From NCBI GenBank assembly GCA_903832075.1, contig CAILAF010000511.1, forward strand, positions 1 to 38,570: 38,570 bases of DNA, read 5' to 3'. Of the stretch, positions 26,170 to 36,220 are shown piece after piece (positions within the stretch are counted from its first letter, which is position 1; each line of letters begins with the position of its first letter). A program made the translations under genes and the position numbers. The notes under the pieces are model-generated. The model ran no database searches. It was not told the origin of the DNA and worked only from the letters and a program-made list of their open reading frames with translations. The stretch comes from an uncultured Chitinophagaceae bacterium. Its GTDB lineage: Bacteria > Bacteroidota > Bacteroidia > Chitinophagales > Chitinophagaceae.

Positions 26170-26925
26170 ATGATAAATGCTATAATAATTGAAGATGAAA
26201 TAAATGCATCGAACCTGCTTTGTAAAATGCTGCAAGACATTGATAATGGTATTGTAATAAAATCACAGTGTGGAGATATTCCTTCCGGGGTGTTAAGTAT
26301 CAGAAAACATAAGCCTGATGTGGTTTTTCTTGATATCGAATTGCCTGTTTACAGCGGCATTCAGTTGCTTGATTTTTTTGCAGAAGATGAAATTAATTTT
26401 AGTATAGTTTTTACAACTGCTTATAACCAATATGCTATAAAAGCATTTGAAATGAGCGCTGTTGATTATTTATTAAAACCTATTCAGCATGATAAGTTGC
26501 AGTTGGCCATTCATAAATTGAGAAACAAAATTTCAGCTAAAATTCATGAACCCGGATTATCAGTTTTAAAACAAAATTTATCTAACGCCGAAAAGAAAAA
26601 AATTGTCTTACCGGTCTCTGATGGAGTTCTTATTTTAAATGTTGATGAAATTTTGTACATCAGAGCTGAAGGAAGTTATTCTAAAATTTTTATGAAAAAT
26701 AAAGAAGCACTTCTTTTCAGCAAAAACCTTAAACATTTCGAATATCTTCTTTCAGATAATAAACATTTTATTCGTGTGCACAGAAGTTTTATAGCGAACC
26801 TTAATTTTTCCGAGAAGCTTTCCCGAAGTGACGGTGGAACTTTAGTAATGATTAATAATATCGAAATCCCGGTTTCTACTGAGATGTTTGATGATATTGT
26901 TGAAGCACTCAAAGTACTTCGGTAA
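26170..26925 (+). CDS. LytTR-family response regulator
   Basis: I use the ATG at 26170, one nt after the kinase stop. It has a receiver domain (DVVFLDIELP) and a C-terminal LytTR DNA-binding domain. Confidence 0.88.
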   Translation: MINAIIIEDEINASNLLCKMLQDIDNGIVIKSQCGDIPSGVLSIRKHKPDVVFLDIELPVYSGIQLLDFFAEDEINFSIVFTTAYNQYAIKAFEMSAVDYLLKPIQHDKLQLAIHKLRNKISAKIHEPGLSVLKQNLSNAEKKKIVLPVSDGVLILNVDEILYIRAEGSYSKIFMKNKEALLFSKNLKHFEYLLSDNKHFIRVHRSFIANLNFSEKLSRSDGGTLVMINNIEIPVSTEMFDDIVEALKVLR

Positions 26926-26929
26926 ATAT

Positions 26930-27361
26930 TTATTTACCTAAATCTATTGTATTTACTTCTATATCCCAATGCGCAATCAGCAATTCAAATCTATGTTGCT
27001 CATCTTTTGTTAATTTATCAAGATCAGGATATAATGCCTTTTTAAAAGGTGTTGTAAGATTTTCATCAAAAGCTAATGCTGCATTTTTAAAAACAAGTGT
27101 TACACGAAAATCCCAACGAGAATCTTCGCTGCTATGTAATTTTGGTTTTGATGCAGTAACACTAATGATATCTCCTTTCTCAATTGCTTTCTTTAATAAT
27201 GGATAATGATTCACTGTCCATAAATGAATGAACTCATCGGCATAACCCCATTTTACTTTATAATAGTTTTCAACAGTAAAATATTCAGCGGTTTTGTTTG
27301 ATTGTGCATGAAGATTGTTTGCAGCAATAAAAATTAAAATGACTAAGAAGATTTTTTTCAT
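26930..27361 (-). CDS. Small secreted protein of unknown function
   Basis: I use the ATG at 27361 (MKKIFLVILIFIAANNLHA|Q), giving a 143-aa precursor. No family is recognised. Confidence 0.55.
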   Translation of the reverse strand: MKKIFLVILIFIAANNLHAQSNKTAEYFTVENYYKVKWGYADEFIHLWTVNHYPLLKKAIEKGDIISVTASKPKLHSSEDSRWDFRVTLVFKNAALAFDENLTTPFKKALYPDLDKLTKDEQHRFELLIAHWDIEVNTIDLGK

Positions 27362-27371
27362 GATGATGTTT

Positions 27372-28256
27372 TTAATTGTGGTTATAATTTTTTTCTCCGG
27401 CAGTAATTGCAATTGATAAAATATTTTGCTTAGGTGGTAATGGGCAAGTAGCAAATTTTGTAAATGCACATGGTGGATTAAATGCTTTATTGAAATCTAA
27501 AATGGTGTACCCATCTGCATTTGATTTGGATGCATATAAAAATCTTCCTGAAGGATAAGTCTCTTTATTGCTTGTTGCATCCCCAAAAATAATAAAGAGC
27601 TGATCTTCTTCTTCTAATGCATCTAATGAATATTGTTTGCCTTGCAATGTGAATACTAATTTACCCGGCGTTAATTGCGGACTTGTTTGTCCAATGATAT
27701 TTGTAATAAGAATATTGGCAGGGTTTTCTGTTTTCTGTAAATGGGCTCTTACTTTAAAGTTACTGTCAACAGCGAAACGTTCAATGCCTTTAAACTCAGT
27801 TACAGCAGGACTTTTAATATCTCTCAGTCTTACACCAATTTTATCTTCTCGCTTAATGATTGTCCATCTTAAAGAACCATAAGCTGCAATAGGAGTATGA
27901 ATTGAATCAACTGAAAAAACAATGACTTTATTTAAGTTTTGATTACTTATTTTTATATCTACTGATTGATTCACAAACATTGTTACAGTTGTTCCATTCA
28001 ATTCAAAGTAACCGGCATTTGCAGGGATAGATTTTTTTGGAAACTTAATTTGTACATCATCACCTGAACCAAAATTATTTTTTCCTTGTTGCAGCCAATA
28101 CAATCCAACTAAGTTCAACCATCCGTTTTCTGATTTTAAATAATCAATTCTTTTTTGCTTCCATATCTCAATTTCTTTTTCATAAGATGATTGAGCAAAT
28201 AAGACAGATGATGAAACAATTATTAGAACAATAAAGGAAAATATTTTTTTATTCAT
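27372..28256 (-). CDS. DUF1684 domain-containing secreted protein
   Basis: 294 aa. The signal peptide ends LFA|Q. The C-terminal FNPPCAFTKFATCPLPP motif is characteristic of DUF1684. Confidence 0.8.
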   Translation of the reverse strand: MNKKIFSFIVLIIVSSSVLFAQSSYEKEIEIWKQKRIDYLKSENGWLNLVGLYWLQQGKNNFGSGDDVQIKFPKKSIPANAGYFELNGTTVTMFVNQSVDIKISNQNLNKVIVFSVDSIHTPIAAYGSLRWTIIKREDKIGVRLRDIKSPAVTEFKGIERFAVDSNFKVRAHLQKTENPANILITNIIGQTSPQLTPGKLVFTLQGKQYSLDALEEEDQLFIIFGDATSNKETYPSGRFLYASKSNADGYTILDFNKAFNPPCAFTKFATCPLPPKQNILSIAITAGEKNYNHN

Positions 28257-28342
28257 CTTTTAATTTGATGATGAAGATAATTGATCTGAAGAAGATGTGA
28301 GAGGTGGTTATTACTTTCTTCTTATTTCGAAAATAGGTGTTA

Positions 28343-28756
28343 TCAAATTTTAGTTTCACTCAATTCCATAATCACTTCCCATTCTTTTTCTTTTACTGTT
28401 TGGACAGATAATCTGCCTAATCTAACCAAATCCATATTCGCCAAACGCTTGTCTGTCTTCACTTGTACAAGGCTAACCGGTTTCTTTAATTTTTTAAATG
28501 GTTTTAGATCAACCACCACCCAAGCTTCTTCATCAGTTGTTGGATCTTGATAAAATTCTTTCACCACTTTTGCAATACCAACAATTTCCATTCCTTCATT
28601 GCTATGATACCACAATACCAGATCACCTTTCTTCATGGCGCGTAAATTATTACGCGCAGCATAATTACGAACACCATCCCAGAAGGTTTGTCCGTCTTTT
28701 TCAAATTGTTCCCAACTATATTTAACGGGTTCTGATTTTACTAACCAATAAAACAT
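28343..28756 (-). CDS. EVE (PUA-like) domain protein
   Basis: 137 aa. The N-terminus MFYWLVKSEP and the overall pattern match stand-alone EVE domain proteins. Confidence 0.8.
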   Translation of the reverse strand: MFYWLVKSEPVKYSWEQFEKDGQTFWDGVRNYAARNNLRAMKKGDLVLWYHSNEGMEIVGIAKVVKEFYQDPTTDEEAWVVVDLKPFKKLKKPVSLVQVKTDKRLANMDLVRLGRLSVQTVKEKEWEVIMELSETKI

Positions 28757-28812
28757 TATGTTGAATTTTTAAATGTTAGATGTTGAATGAATATTTTTGT
28801 CATTTAAAATAA

Positions 28813-29529
28813 TTATTCGTTTGCAAGTATATCGGCTAAATGCAAAACTTTCAAGTTGCTTCCCTTATGTTTAATGCAACCATCAATATGCATTAAGCAA
28901 CTCATGTCGGTACTAACAATATATTCTGCTTCTGTTGCTAAAGCATTATTTATTTTTTGATCGGCCATTGCAACACTTATGTTTTCAAACTTAACAGCAA
29001 AGCTGCCACCAAAGCCGCAACAGGTTTCTACATCATTCATTTCAATCAATTCCAATCCTTTTACTTTACTCAATAATTGTCTCGGTTCATTTTTTATTTT
29101 GCATTCACGCAATCCTGCACAACTATCATGATAAGTTACTTTGGCATTAAATGTTGCACCAAGATCATCCACTTTCAACACATTAACTAAGAATTCACTC
29201 AATTCAAAAACTTTGTTAGTAACAGTTTGTACTTCTTTGTAGTTGGATGAATTCTCAAATAGTTTATCATAATAATTTCTTACAAAGCCTACACAGCTTG
29301 CGCTGGGTGCAACAATATATTCTGCACCTTTAAAATCTTTAATAAACTTATTACAAACTTCTTTGGCTTCTCCCCAAAAGCCGGCATTGTATGCCGGTTG
29401 ACCGCAACAGGTTTGATTAGCATTGTATTGAACAGTGCATCCTGCTTTCTCCAATACTTTCACCATATTGAATGCAACAGTAGGGTATAACTGATCAATA
29501 AAACAGGGAACAAATATTTGAACATTCAT
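28813..29529 (-). CDS. (Fe-S)-binding CCG-domain oxidoreductase, LutA-like
   Basis: I use the ATG at 29529 (MNVQIFVPCFIDQ). It has two cysteine-rich CCG motifs (CCGQP and CCGFGG). No lutB or lutC is adjacent. Confidence 0.75.
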   Translation of the reverse strand: MNVQIFVPCFIDQLYPTVAFNMVKVLEKAGCTVQYNANQTCCGQPAYNAGFWGEAKEVCNKFIKDFKGAEYIVAPSASCVGFVRNYYDKLFENSSNYKEVQTVTNKVFELSEFLVNVLKVDDLGATFNAKVTYHDSCAGLRECKIKNEPRQLLSKVKGLELIEMNDVETCCGFGGSFAVKFENISVAMADQKINNALATEAEYIVSTDMSCLMHIDGCIKHKGSNLKVLHLADILANE

Positions 29530-29553
29530 GTTAACGAAGATACATAGAACAAC

Positions 29554-29580
29554 AAAGGCATCCAATCTATGAATGCCTTT
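29554..29580. terminator. Hairpin between the YfgM-like and LutA-like genes
   Basis: AAAGGCAT / ATGCCTTT 8-bp stem with an 11-nt loop. The flanks are only moderately T-rich. Confidence 0.35.
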
Positions 29581-29602
29581 ATGAAAAATATTTTTTGAGA
29601 AA

Positions 29603-30292
29603 TTAGTTTATGCTAAGATCATTCTTCTCAGCACTTAAGCGATAAATATATTTATCCGCTTGAAATGCTCTGTCTGTTTTAGGATATTTTGCTTTGATCT
29701 CTTTATACAGTTCAACTGCTTCTTTTGTTTTACCGATAGTTTCAGATAATAATGCAGCACGAAATAAATATTCTGATGAATTGCTCTCATCTTTATCAAA
29801 AGCTCTTCCGGCTTTTTCGTAATACTCAACTGCTTCTGTTTTTTTATTCAATTCAGAATAAGCATCAGCCAATGCACCATACGCAGCCATTTGAATTTGT
29901 GAGGCACTTGTAGAAAATTCTTTTAAATGTTCAACAGCTTTATTGAAGTCACCCAGTTTTAAATAACTGATGCCGGCATAATATTGCGCAAGGTTAGCAG
30001 ATTTTGTACCGCCATAGTTTTTAATAATGTACAATACACCTTTGTTACTTCCATCGCCATTTAAAACAAGGTTAGATGAATCCATTGCAAAATATTGTTG
30101 TGCAACATAAATTGCATCGGCAGCTTTATCTTCTTTTGGTTTTAGTATGTATTCAGTATAGCCATACCATCCGCCAGCAATAACTACTATTGCAACAACA
30201 GCTGTTAAAATAGTTTTTGAATTCTTTTTCCAAAAACTTTCTAATACCATTAATGGGTCTTTCTCTACATGTTCAACTTTGTGTTCGCTCAT
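29603..30292 (-). CDS. Membrane-anchored TPR protein (YfgM-like)
   Basis: 229 aa with one N-terminal TM segment (ILTAVVAIVVIAGGWYGY) followed by TPR-like repeats. Confidence 0.7.
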   Translation of the reverse strand: MSEHKVEHVEKDPLMVLESFWKKNSKTILTAVVAIVVIAGGWYGYTEYILKPKEDKAADAIYVAQQYFAMDSSNLVLNGDGSNKGVLYIIKNYGGTKSANLAQYYAGISYLKLGDFNKAVEHLKEFSTSASQIQMAAYGALADAYSELNKKTEAVEYYEKAGRAFDKDESNSSEYLFRAALLSETIGKTKEAVELYKEIKAKYPKTDRAFQADKYIYRLSAEKNDLSIN

Positions 30293-30318
30293 TATATTTG
30301 TTTTTTCAATGAAAATTT

Positions 30319-31314
30319 TTAATCAACAATAAAAGGATAATTCTTATCAACATAAACGTCCTTTAATACTTCACTGTCATCAGGCCAAGGACTTTCTTCT
30401 GCGAATTTCACACTTTCTTCAACCACATGATTAATTCTTGCATCAATTGCATCAATGTCTGCTTGTGTTGCAAACTTGCTATCTAAAATGGTTTGCAATA
30501 CTTTTTGAATGGGATCCTGATTCTTGTATTCATCCACTTCTTCTTTACTGCGATATTTTTGAGGATCTGAGATGGAATGTCCTTTATAACGATATGTTTT
30601 TATTTCTATCAAAGTAGGACCGCCACCTTCTCTTGCACGTTTCACAGCTCTTGTTATACCGTCATGAACAGCTTCAGCAGTCATGCCATCAACTTTATCG
30701 GCAGGCATTTCATAAGCATCAGCTAATTTATAAATATCAATAACGTTCGATGTTCTTTCAACAGAAGTTCCCATCGCATAATTGTTATTCTCACAAACAT
30801 AGATCACAGGCAAATTCCATAGCATTGCCAAATTGAATGATTCATGTAAGATACCTTGTCTTGCAGCACCGTCACCAAAAAAACATAACACTACATTTTG
30901 TGTGCCTTTATATTTTTCGGCGAATGCCAAGCCGGTTCCGGTACCGATTTGTGCGCCCACAATACCATGACCACCAAAGAATTTATTCTTTACATCAAAG
31001 AAATGCATACTACCACCTTTACCTTTAGCACATCCGGTAGCTTTACCATATAATTCGGCCATACATGCATTAGCAGAAGTTCCTTTTGCCAATGCCCAAC
31101 CATGATCGCGGTAAGCAGTAATGAATGGATCATCTTGTGCAGTGGCTGTCATACATCCGGCAGCAATAGCTTCTTGTCCAACATAAGCATGAAAGAAGCC
31201 GCGTATCTTACCGGCCATTTTATACATTTCCTCAGCTTTTAATTCAAACTGGCGAATAAGTTGCATTAACTCATACCAGTATAAATAAGTTTCTTTTGAG
31301 AATTTAGTAGGCAC
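30319..31314 (-). CDS. pdhA: Pyruvate dehydrogenase (acetyl-transferring) E1 component, alpha subunit
   Basis: It has the TPP-binding motif GDGAARQG...ENNNYAMGT. The track start (TTG at 31338) lies inside a TAnnTTTG box, so I place the start at GTG 31314 (MPTKFSKETYLYWY). The start is uncertain but the product is not. Confidence 0.85.
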   Translation of the reverse strand: MPTKFSKETYLYWYELMQLIRQFELKAEEMYKMAGKIRGFFHAYVGQEAIAAGCMTATAQDDPFITAYRDHGWALAKGTSANACMAELYGKATGCAKGKGGSMHFFDVKNKFFGGHGIVGAQIGTGTGLAFAEKYKGTQNVVLCFFGDGAARQGILHESFNLAMLWNLPVIYVCENNNYAMGTSVERTSNVIDIYKLADAYEMPADKVDGMTAEAVHDGITRAVKRAREGGGPTLIEIKTYRYKGHSISDPQKYRSKEEVDEYKNQDPIQKVLQTILDSKFATQADIDAIDARINHVVEESVKFAEESPWPDDSEVLKDVYVDKNYPFIVD

Positions 31315-31335
31315 TTTTATCAAAATTTTGAGGGG

Positions 31336-31343
31336 CAAATATA
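31336..31343 (-). promoter_or_regulatory. Candidate -7 promoter box (TATATTTG) for pdhA
   Basis: Exact TAnnTTTG on the minus strand. It overlaps the TTG that opens the longest ORF. Confidence 0.4.
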
Positions 31344-31573
31344 GGAGTTAAAGTGCAATTCTTATGTTCTTTTTCTTGGATGAAATACGTCTAAAATCAA
31401 TTCTTTTTTTTCTGGAAATGAGTCCTGACCTAATGGCATAATTATTTTTCTGCAAATATTATTATCCATTTTATACAACATTGGTCTTATTGTTGCAGTA
31501 TAAATAATTAATAGCACACCACAACCTCCTTCTTGCTTCTTTATCAACAATTCTTGTCATCAAATTTTGAGAG

Positions 31574-32926
31574 ATGAAAAAAAATGTATTTTTTCTTTTT
31601 TTATTCTTTGCAGTTACACTTAGTTCTAAAGTATATTCTCAAGTTTCAACTGATTCAGTTAAAAAATGGAGTTTACAAGATTGTTTTCAATATGCATCTG
31701 AACATAATATTCAATTGAATGTTCTGCGTTTGAATGAACAATCTTCTCAGCAGGATTTAATATTGGCAAAAGCATTGAAGACACCATCTCTTTCAGGCTC
31801 GGTAGCTAATACTTTTAATAATGCTAATAATATGAACTCCAATACTGGGGGACTCGTAAATCAATTATCAAGTAACTTATCTTATTCAGTTAATTCCTCT
31901 ATTGTTTTATGGAATGATCATTATATCAATAACAGTATTCGAGAAAATGAGTTGCTTATTCATTCTGCAAAACTCTCTGTTGATGAAGCACAAAACAATA
32001 TCACTTTATCACTAACGCAGGCTTTCCTGAATATTTTGCTGGATAAAGAAAACTTGCAATACTACAAAGACCTTTTTGCAACATCTGATGCAAGAGTAAA
32101 ACAAGGACAACAATTCTTAGATGCTGGAAGTATTGCAAAAAAAGATTTGTTACAATTACAGGCTCAATTGGCAAGTGATAAGTATTTAATGATACAAACA
32201 CAAAATATCATTAGTCAGGATATTCTTTCTTTAAAACAAATATTACAATTAGGTACTGATTCTTCTTTTGATGTGCAATTGCCATCAACTCTTTCTGTCA
32301 ACAGATCATTGTCACCTTTAAATGATGCAGAACAATTTGCATTGAAAAATTTTCCTGAAATAAAAATAGGTGAACTGAATGTAAACATTTCATCTTTAGA
32401 AATAGCAAAAGCAAAAGCTGGTTTTAAACCAGTGCTTAAGGCCAATGCAGCATTAGGGTCTGGATATAATGATGTACTTACCAATGCATACAATACAAAA
32501 ACCGGATACTTTACACAAACAGGAAATAATTTTTATCAGCTTGCAGGAGTAACATTATCTATTCCAATCTTTTCTAATCGTATCAATCAGGTAAATCTCT
32601 CTAAAGCTAATATTGCTTTTAGGGAAGCAACGTTGAATCACCAAAATACTCAGTTGATTTTATCTGAACAGGTAGAACGTGCTTATCTGAATTCAGTAAA
32701 TGCATTGCAATCTTATGATGCTGCCAATGAACAGTTACAGGCCGCTACTGAAAGTTACCGTATTGTAAATGAACAATTAAAAATTGGGGCTATAAGTTCA
32801 GTTGATATGCTGGTTGTACGAAATCAATATGTGCAGGCAGTGCAGGCATTTACACAAGCAAAATATACTGCTATCCTTCAACAAAAAATTTATGAATTCT
32901 ATATAGGTAATACAATAAAACTATAA
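31574..32926 (+). CDS. TolC-family outer-membrane efflux protein
   Basis: 450 aa. The signal peptide ends VYS|Q. It has two OEP-type repeats and is the first gene of a four-gene efflux operon. Confidence 0.88.
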   Translation: MKKNVFFLFLFFAVTLSSKVYSQVSTDSVKKWSLQDCFQYASEHNIQLNVLRLNEQSSQQDLILAKALKTPSLSGSVANTFNNANNMNSNTGGLVNQLSSNLSYSVNSSIVLWNDHYINNSIRENELLIHSAKLSVDEAQNNITLSLTQAFLNILLDKENLQYYKDLFATSDARVKQGQQFLDAGSIAKKDLLQLQAQLASDKYLMIQTQNIISQDILSLKQILQLGTDSSFDVQLPSTLSVNRSLSPLNDAEQFALKNFPEIKIGELNVNISSLEIAKAKAGFKPVLKANAALGSGYNDVLTNAYNTKTGYFTQTGNNFYQLAGVTLSIPIFSNRINQVNLSKANIAFREATLNHQNTQLILSEQVERAYLNSVNALQSYDAANEQLQAATESYRIVNEQLKIGAISSVDMLVVRNQYVQAVQAFTQAKYTAILQQKIYEFYIGNTIKL

Positions 32927-32927
32927 A

Positions 32928-34172
32928 ATGACCGGAATGAAAAAGATCATCATTATATCATCTGTTTTAATTATTGCAGCAGCGGCAGTTGGTGCATATT
33001 ACTACTATGTTAGTAAGCAAGAACAAAAAATAACTATCGTTACTGTTATGCCAGAATATGGTTATATCGCTAAAAGTATCACTGCTACCGGTGCAGTTGA
33101 ACCGGTAGATACCGTTACTGTAGGCGCACAAATATCAGGCTTGGTGAGTAAAGTGTTGGTTGATTTTAACAGTATCGTAAAACAAGGGCAACTATTGGCA
33201 CAAATAGATCCTACCATTATGGAAGCAGGAACAGAACAAGCAAAGGCGAATCTGGGGAATGCAAAAAGCAATCTCGAATTTCAGAAGAACAATTATGATA
33301 GGCAGAGCCAGTTATTCCAATTAGGGGCCATCAGCAAAGTAGATTATCAAACAGCGTTAAATCAATATGAAAGTGCAAAAGCAAGTGTAGCAAATACGCA
33401 GGCGCAAGTAAAACTTGCCAATAAAAATCTTTTTTACACTAATATATATTCACCAATTAATGGTGTGATACTGAACAGAAATATCAGCACGGGTCAAACC
33501 ATTGCTTCATCATTCAATGCGCCGGTTTTATTTGTAATAGCAAAAGACCTTACGAAAATGCAAGTGCATGCTAATGTTGATGAAGCTGATGTTGGCGGAG
33601 TGCGGGATAATCAACATGTTAGTTTTACTGTGGATGCTTTCCCCGACGATATATTTACAGGAATAGTTAACGCAATTCAACTGCACCCATCTGTGTCTGC
33701 TAATGTAGTTACTTATCCTACCATTATTGCAGTTGATAACAAATCAATGAAATTAAAACCGGGAATGACAGCAAGCGTAAATATTTATACGCAGGAAGAC
33801 AGCAATGCATTGCTGATACCATCGAAGGCGGTAAACTTTAAACCCGATTCGGCAGCGTTGAAAGGGTATAAGATTATTAGAGCAGTAAGAAATAGTATCA
33901 AGAAAAATGCTACTGCGCCTAATACTAATAAAGAAAAGCAAAGAGCATATGTATGGATAAAAACAGGAGATACACTTACCGAAAGAATGATCATCATTGG
34001 TTTGAATGATGATACACATGTAGAAATACTGAAAGGCTTATCCGAGAATGAAGAAGTAATTACAGGAACTGCGACTGCTGAAAACAAAACCGCAACTCCT
34101 GCTGCTGCGCAACGAAGTCCATTCATGCCGCAAATGCAAAGAAAGAAAACTGATTCTGCTGCTAAAAAATAA
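32928..34172 (+). CDS. Efflux periplasmic adaptor subunit (HlyD/MacA-like)
   Basis: 414 aa with an N-terminal TM segment and coiled-coil, lipoyl-like and barrel segments. It starts 1 nt after the tolC-like stop. Confidence 0.88.
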   Translation: MTGMKKIIIISSVLIIAAAAVGAYYYYVSKQEQKITIVTVMPEYGYIAKSITATGAVEPVDTVTVGAQISGLVSKVLVDFNSIVKQGQLLAQIDPTIMEAGTEQAKANLGNAKSNLEFQKNNYDRQSQLFQLGAISKVDYQTALNQYESAKASVANTQAQVKLANKNLFYTNIYSPINGVILNRNISTGQTIASSFNAPVLFVIAKDLTKMQVHANVDEADVGGVRDNQHVSFTVDAFPDDIFTGIVNAIQLHPSVSANVVTYPTIIAVDNKSMKLKPGMTASVNIYTQEDSNALLIPSKAVNFKPDSAALKGYKIIRAVRNSIKKNATAPNTNKEKQRAYVWIKTGDTLTERMIIIGLNDDTHVEILKGLSENEEVITGTATAENKTATPAAAQRSPFMPQMQRKKTDSAAKK

Positions 34173-34188
34173 AACGAATCTATTTGTA

Positions 34189-34938
34189 ATGAATAAAATT
34201 ATTGTTGATATAAAAGAGCTCAGACGTGAATTTAATGTTGGAGGTGAAACCGTGAAAGCGCTTGACGGCATTAATTTTTCTATTGCTGCCGGAGAGTTTG
34301 TTACAATTATGGGCAGCAGCGGCTCAGGCAAAACAACTTTGCTGAATATTTTAGGTTGTTTAGATAAACCAACTTCAGGAGCATATTTATTGGATGGAAA
34401 TGATGTTGGTAAACTTTCAAAAAATGAACTCGCTATTTTGCGCAATAGAAAAATAGGATTTGTTTTTCAATCATATAATTTATTGGCAAGAACAACTGCC
34501 ATTGAAAATGTTGAATTACCATTAATGTATAACAATAGTGTTTCTTCAAAAGAACGTCATGAAAAAGCTATTAAAGCATTAGAGGAAGTTAAGTTGAGTG
34601 ATAGAATGCATCATCTTCCCAGTGAGTTATCCGGTGGTCAGCAGCAAAGAGTTGCAATTGCAAGAGCATTGATCAATGATCCTGTAATGATATTAGCTGA
34701 TGAAGCTACCGGTAATCTCGATTCAAAAACATCTTATGAGATCATGTCATTGTTTCAAGATTTAAATTCACTGCAGGGAAAAACAATTGTATTTGTTACA
34801 CATGAACCTGACATTGCTTTATTCAGTAGTCGTACCATTACATTGAAGGACGGAAAAATAATAAAAGATATGGTCAACAAAGATTTACGTAATGCAAAAG
34901 AAGTATTAAAAAGTCTTGAGGGCATTGCAGCAGAATAA
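34189..34938 (+). CDS. ABC transporter ATP-binding protein (MacB/LolD-type)
   Basis: It has Walker A GSSGSGKTT, the signature LSGGQQQRV and Walker B ILADEATGNLD. Confidence 0.93.
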   Translation: MNKIIVDIKELRREFNVGGETVKALDGINFSIAAGEFVTIMGSSGSGKTTLLNILGCLDKPTSGAYLLDGNDVGKLSKNELAILRNRKIGFVFQSYNLLARTTAIENVELPLMYNNSVSSKERHEKAIKALEEVKLSDRMHHLPSELSGGQQQRVAIARALINDPVMILADEATGNLDSKTSYEIMSLFQDLNSLQGKTIVFVTHEPDIALFSSRTITLKDGKIIKDMVNKDLRNAKEVLKSLEGIAAE

Positions 34939-34953
34939 TCAAAATACAGAATC

Positions 34954-36174
34954 ATGAAATTGATAAACCTTTTACGTATTGCCTGGAATGCGATTCGTCG
35001 AAATAAGATGAGATCTTTTTTAACGATGCTTGGTATCATCATAGGAGTGGGTGCGGTAATTGCCATGGTGGCTATTGGTCAGGGATCAAGACAAAGCATA
35101 CAAGATCAAATCTCGGGAATGGGAAGTAATATGATTGTCATCAGACCGGTAAGTAATGCTACGGGCGGAGCTCGTTTGGATAACACCGTTGTACAAACAT
35201 TAGTGGAACCGGATGTTATTGCTTTGCAAAAAGAAGGAAAATATATTAATGGCGTTTCACCTTCTGTGTCTTCAAGAGGACAAGCAATCTATGGAGCGAA
35301 TAACTGGAGTACTACTATGCAAGGTGTTTCTGAAGATTATTTATCTATCAGAAGTTGGTCTGTTGATGAAGGTTCTAACTTCACCGGTCAGGATATAAAA
35401 ACCGTTGCTAAAATTTGTTTAGTAGGGCAAACAATTATCAATAACTTATTTCCGGGCGGCGATGATGTTGTTGGTAAATCTATTCGCTTTAATAATATAC
35501 CATTTAAAATAACAGGTGTTTTAAGTAAAAAAGGAGTGAACACTTTTGGACAGGATCAGGATGATGTTATCCTTACACCTTATTCTACTGTTCAAAAAAG
35601 AATATTGGCAACCATTTATTATCAAACAATATTTGTTGCAGGTATTGATGAAAATTCAACCGATCAGGCTGCTGCGGAAATCGAGCAGATCATGCGTGCA
35701 AGTCATAAAATTCAGAAAGGAACAGAAGATGATTTTTCTATCCGTACGCAACAGGAATTGATCAGCACTTTCAGTTCAACCAGTAAAATCTTAACAGTAT
35801 TATTGGCGGTGATTGCAGGCATCTCATTAATTGTTGGTGGTATCGGCATCATGAACATTATGTATGTATCAGTAACAGAACGTACCAAAGAAATAGGATT
35901 ACGAATGTCTATCGGCGCAAGGGGAATTGATATTTTAATGCAGTTCTTGATTGAAGCTGTTATTATCAGTATCACCGGCGGTATTATTGGTGTTGTACTG
36001 GGTTTTGTTGCAACTAAATTAGTTAGCTTATTCTTACATTGGCCAACATTAGTTACGCAATCATCAGTCATTCTTTCTTTCTTTGTTTGTTTTATTACAG
36101 GTGTTTTCTTTGGATATTATCCTGCATTAAAAGCATCAAGACTAAATCCAATTGATGCATTGCATTATGAATGA
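34954..36174 (+). CDS. ABC transporter permease (MacB periplasmic core domain plus FtsX)
   Basis: 406 aa with an N-terminal TM segment, a large periplasmic domain and a C-terminal three-TM FtsX-like region. Confidence 0.9.
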   Translation: MKLINLLRIAWNAIRRNKMRSFLTMLGIIIGVGAVIAMVAIGQGSRQSIQDQISGMGSNMIVIRPVSNATGGARLDNTVVQTLVEPDVIALQKEGKYINGVSPSVSSRGQAIYGANNWSTTMQGVSEDYLSIRSWSVDEGSNFTGQDIKTVAKICLVGQTIINNLFPGGDDVVGKSIRFNNIPFKITGVLSKKGVNTFGQDQDDVILTPYSTVQKRILATIYYQTIFVAGIDENSTDQAAAEIEQIMRASHKIQKGTEDDFSIRTQQELISTFSSTSKILTVLLAVIAGISLIVGGIGIMNIMYVSVTERTKEIGLRMSIGARGIDILMQFLIEAVIISITGGIIGVVLGFVATKLVSLFLHWPTLVTQSSVILSFFVCFITGVFFGYYPALKASRLNPIDALHYE

Positions 36175-36220
36175 TGATATTTTTTTTGTTAATTCGTTCA
36201 AGTCAAATAAAATATAAACA

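Noticed and set aside
28343-28756. The EVE (PUA-like, modified-base reader) protein as part of a modification-dependent restriction or defence module.
   Set aside because: It is a 137-aa single-domain protein with no fused or adjacent nuclease, ATPase or methyltransferase. Stand-alone EVE proteins are widespread housekeeping-like genes.
28758-28788. A direct 9-mer repeat, ATGTTGAAT (28758-28766 and 28780-28788), just upstream of the EVE gene.
   Set aside because: It is only two short copies in very AT-rich DNA, with no symmetry or further periodicity. It could easily arise by chance.
31362-31550. A 62-aa minus-strand ORF in the pdhA/tolC divergent spacer.
   Set aside because: It has no recognisable motif, an odd composition and no TAnnTTTG box in front. 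It occupies the region needed for the two divergent promoters. It is probably non-coding.
31574-36174. The four-gene TolC/adaptor/ABC ATPase/permease cluster as something unusual.
   Set aside because: It has the canonical MacAB-TolC-type tripartite efflux organisation, with 1-16 nt gene spacing and all standard motifs. Nothing in it is unexplained.
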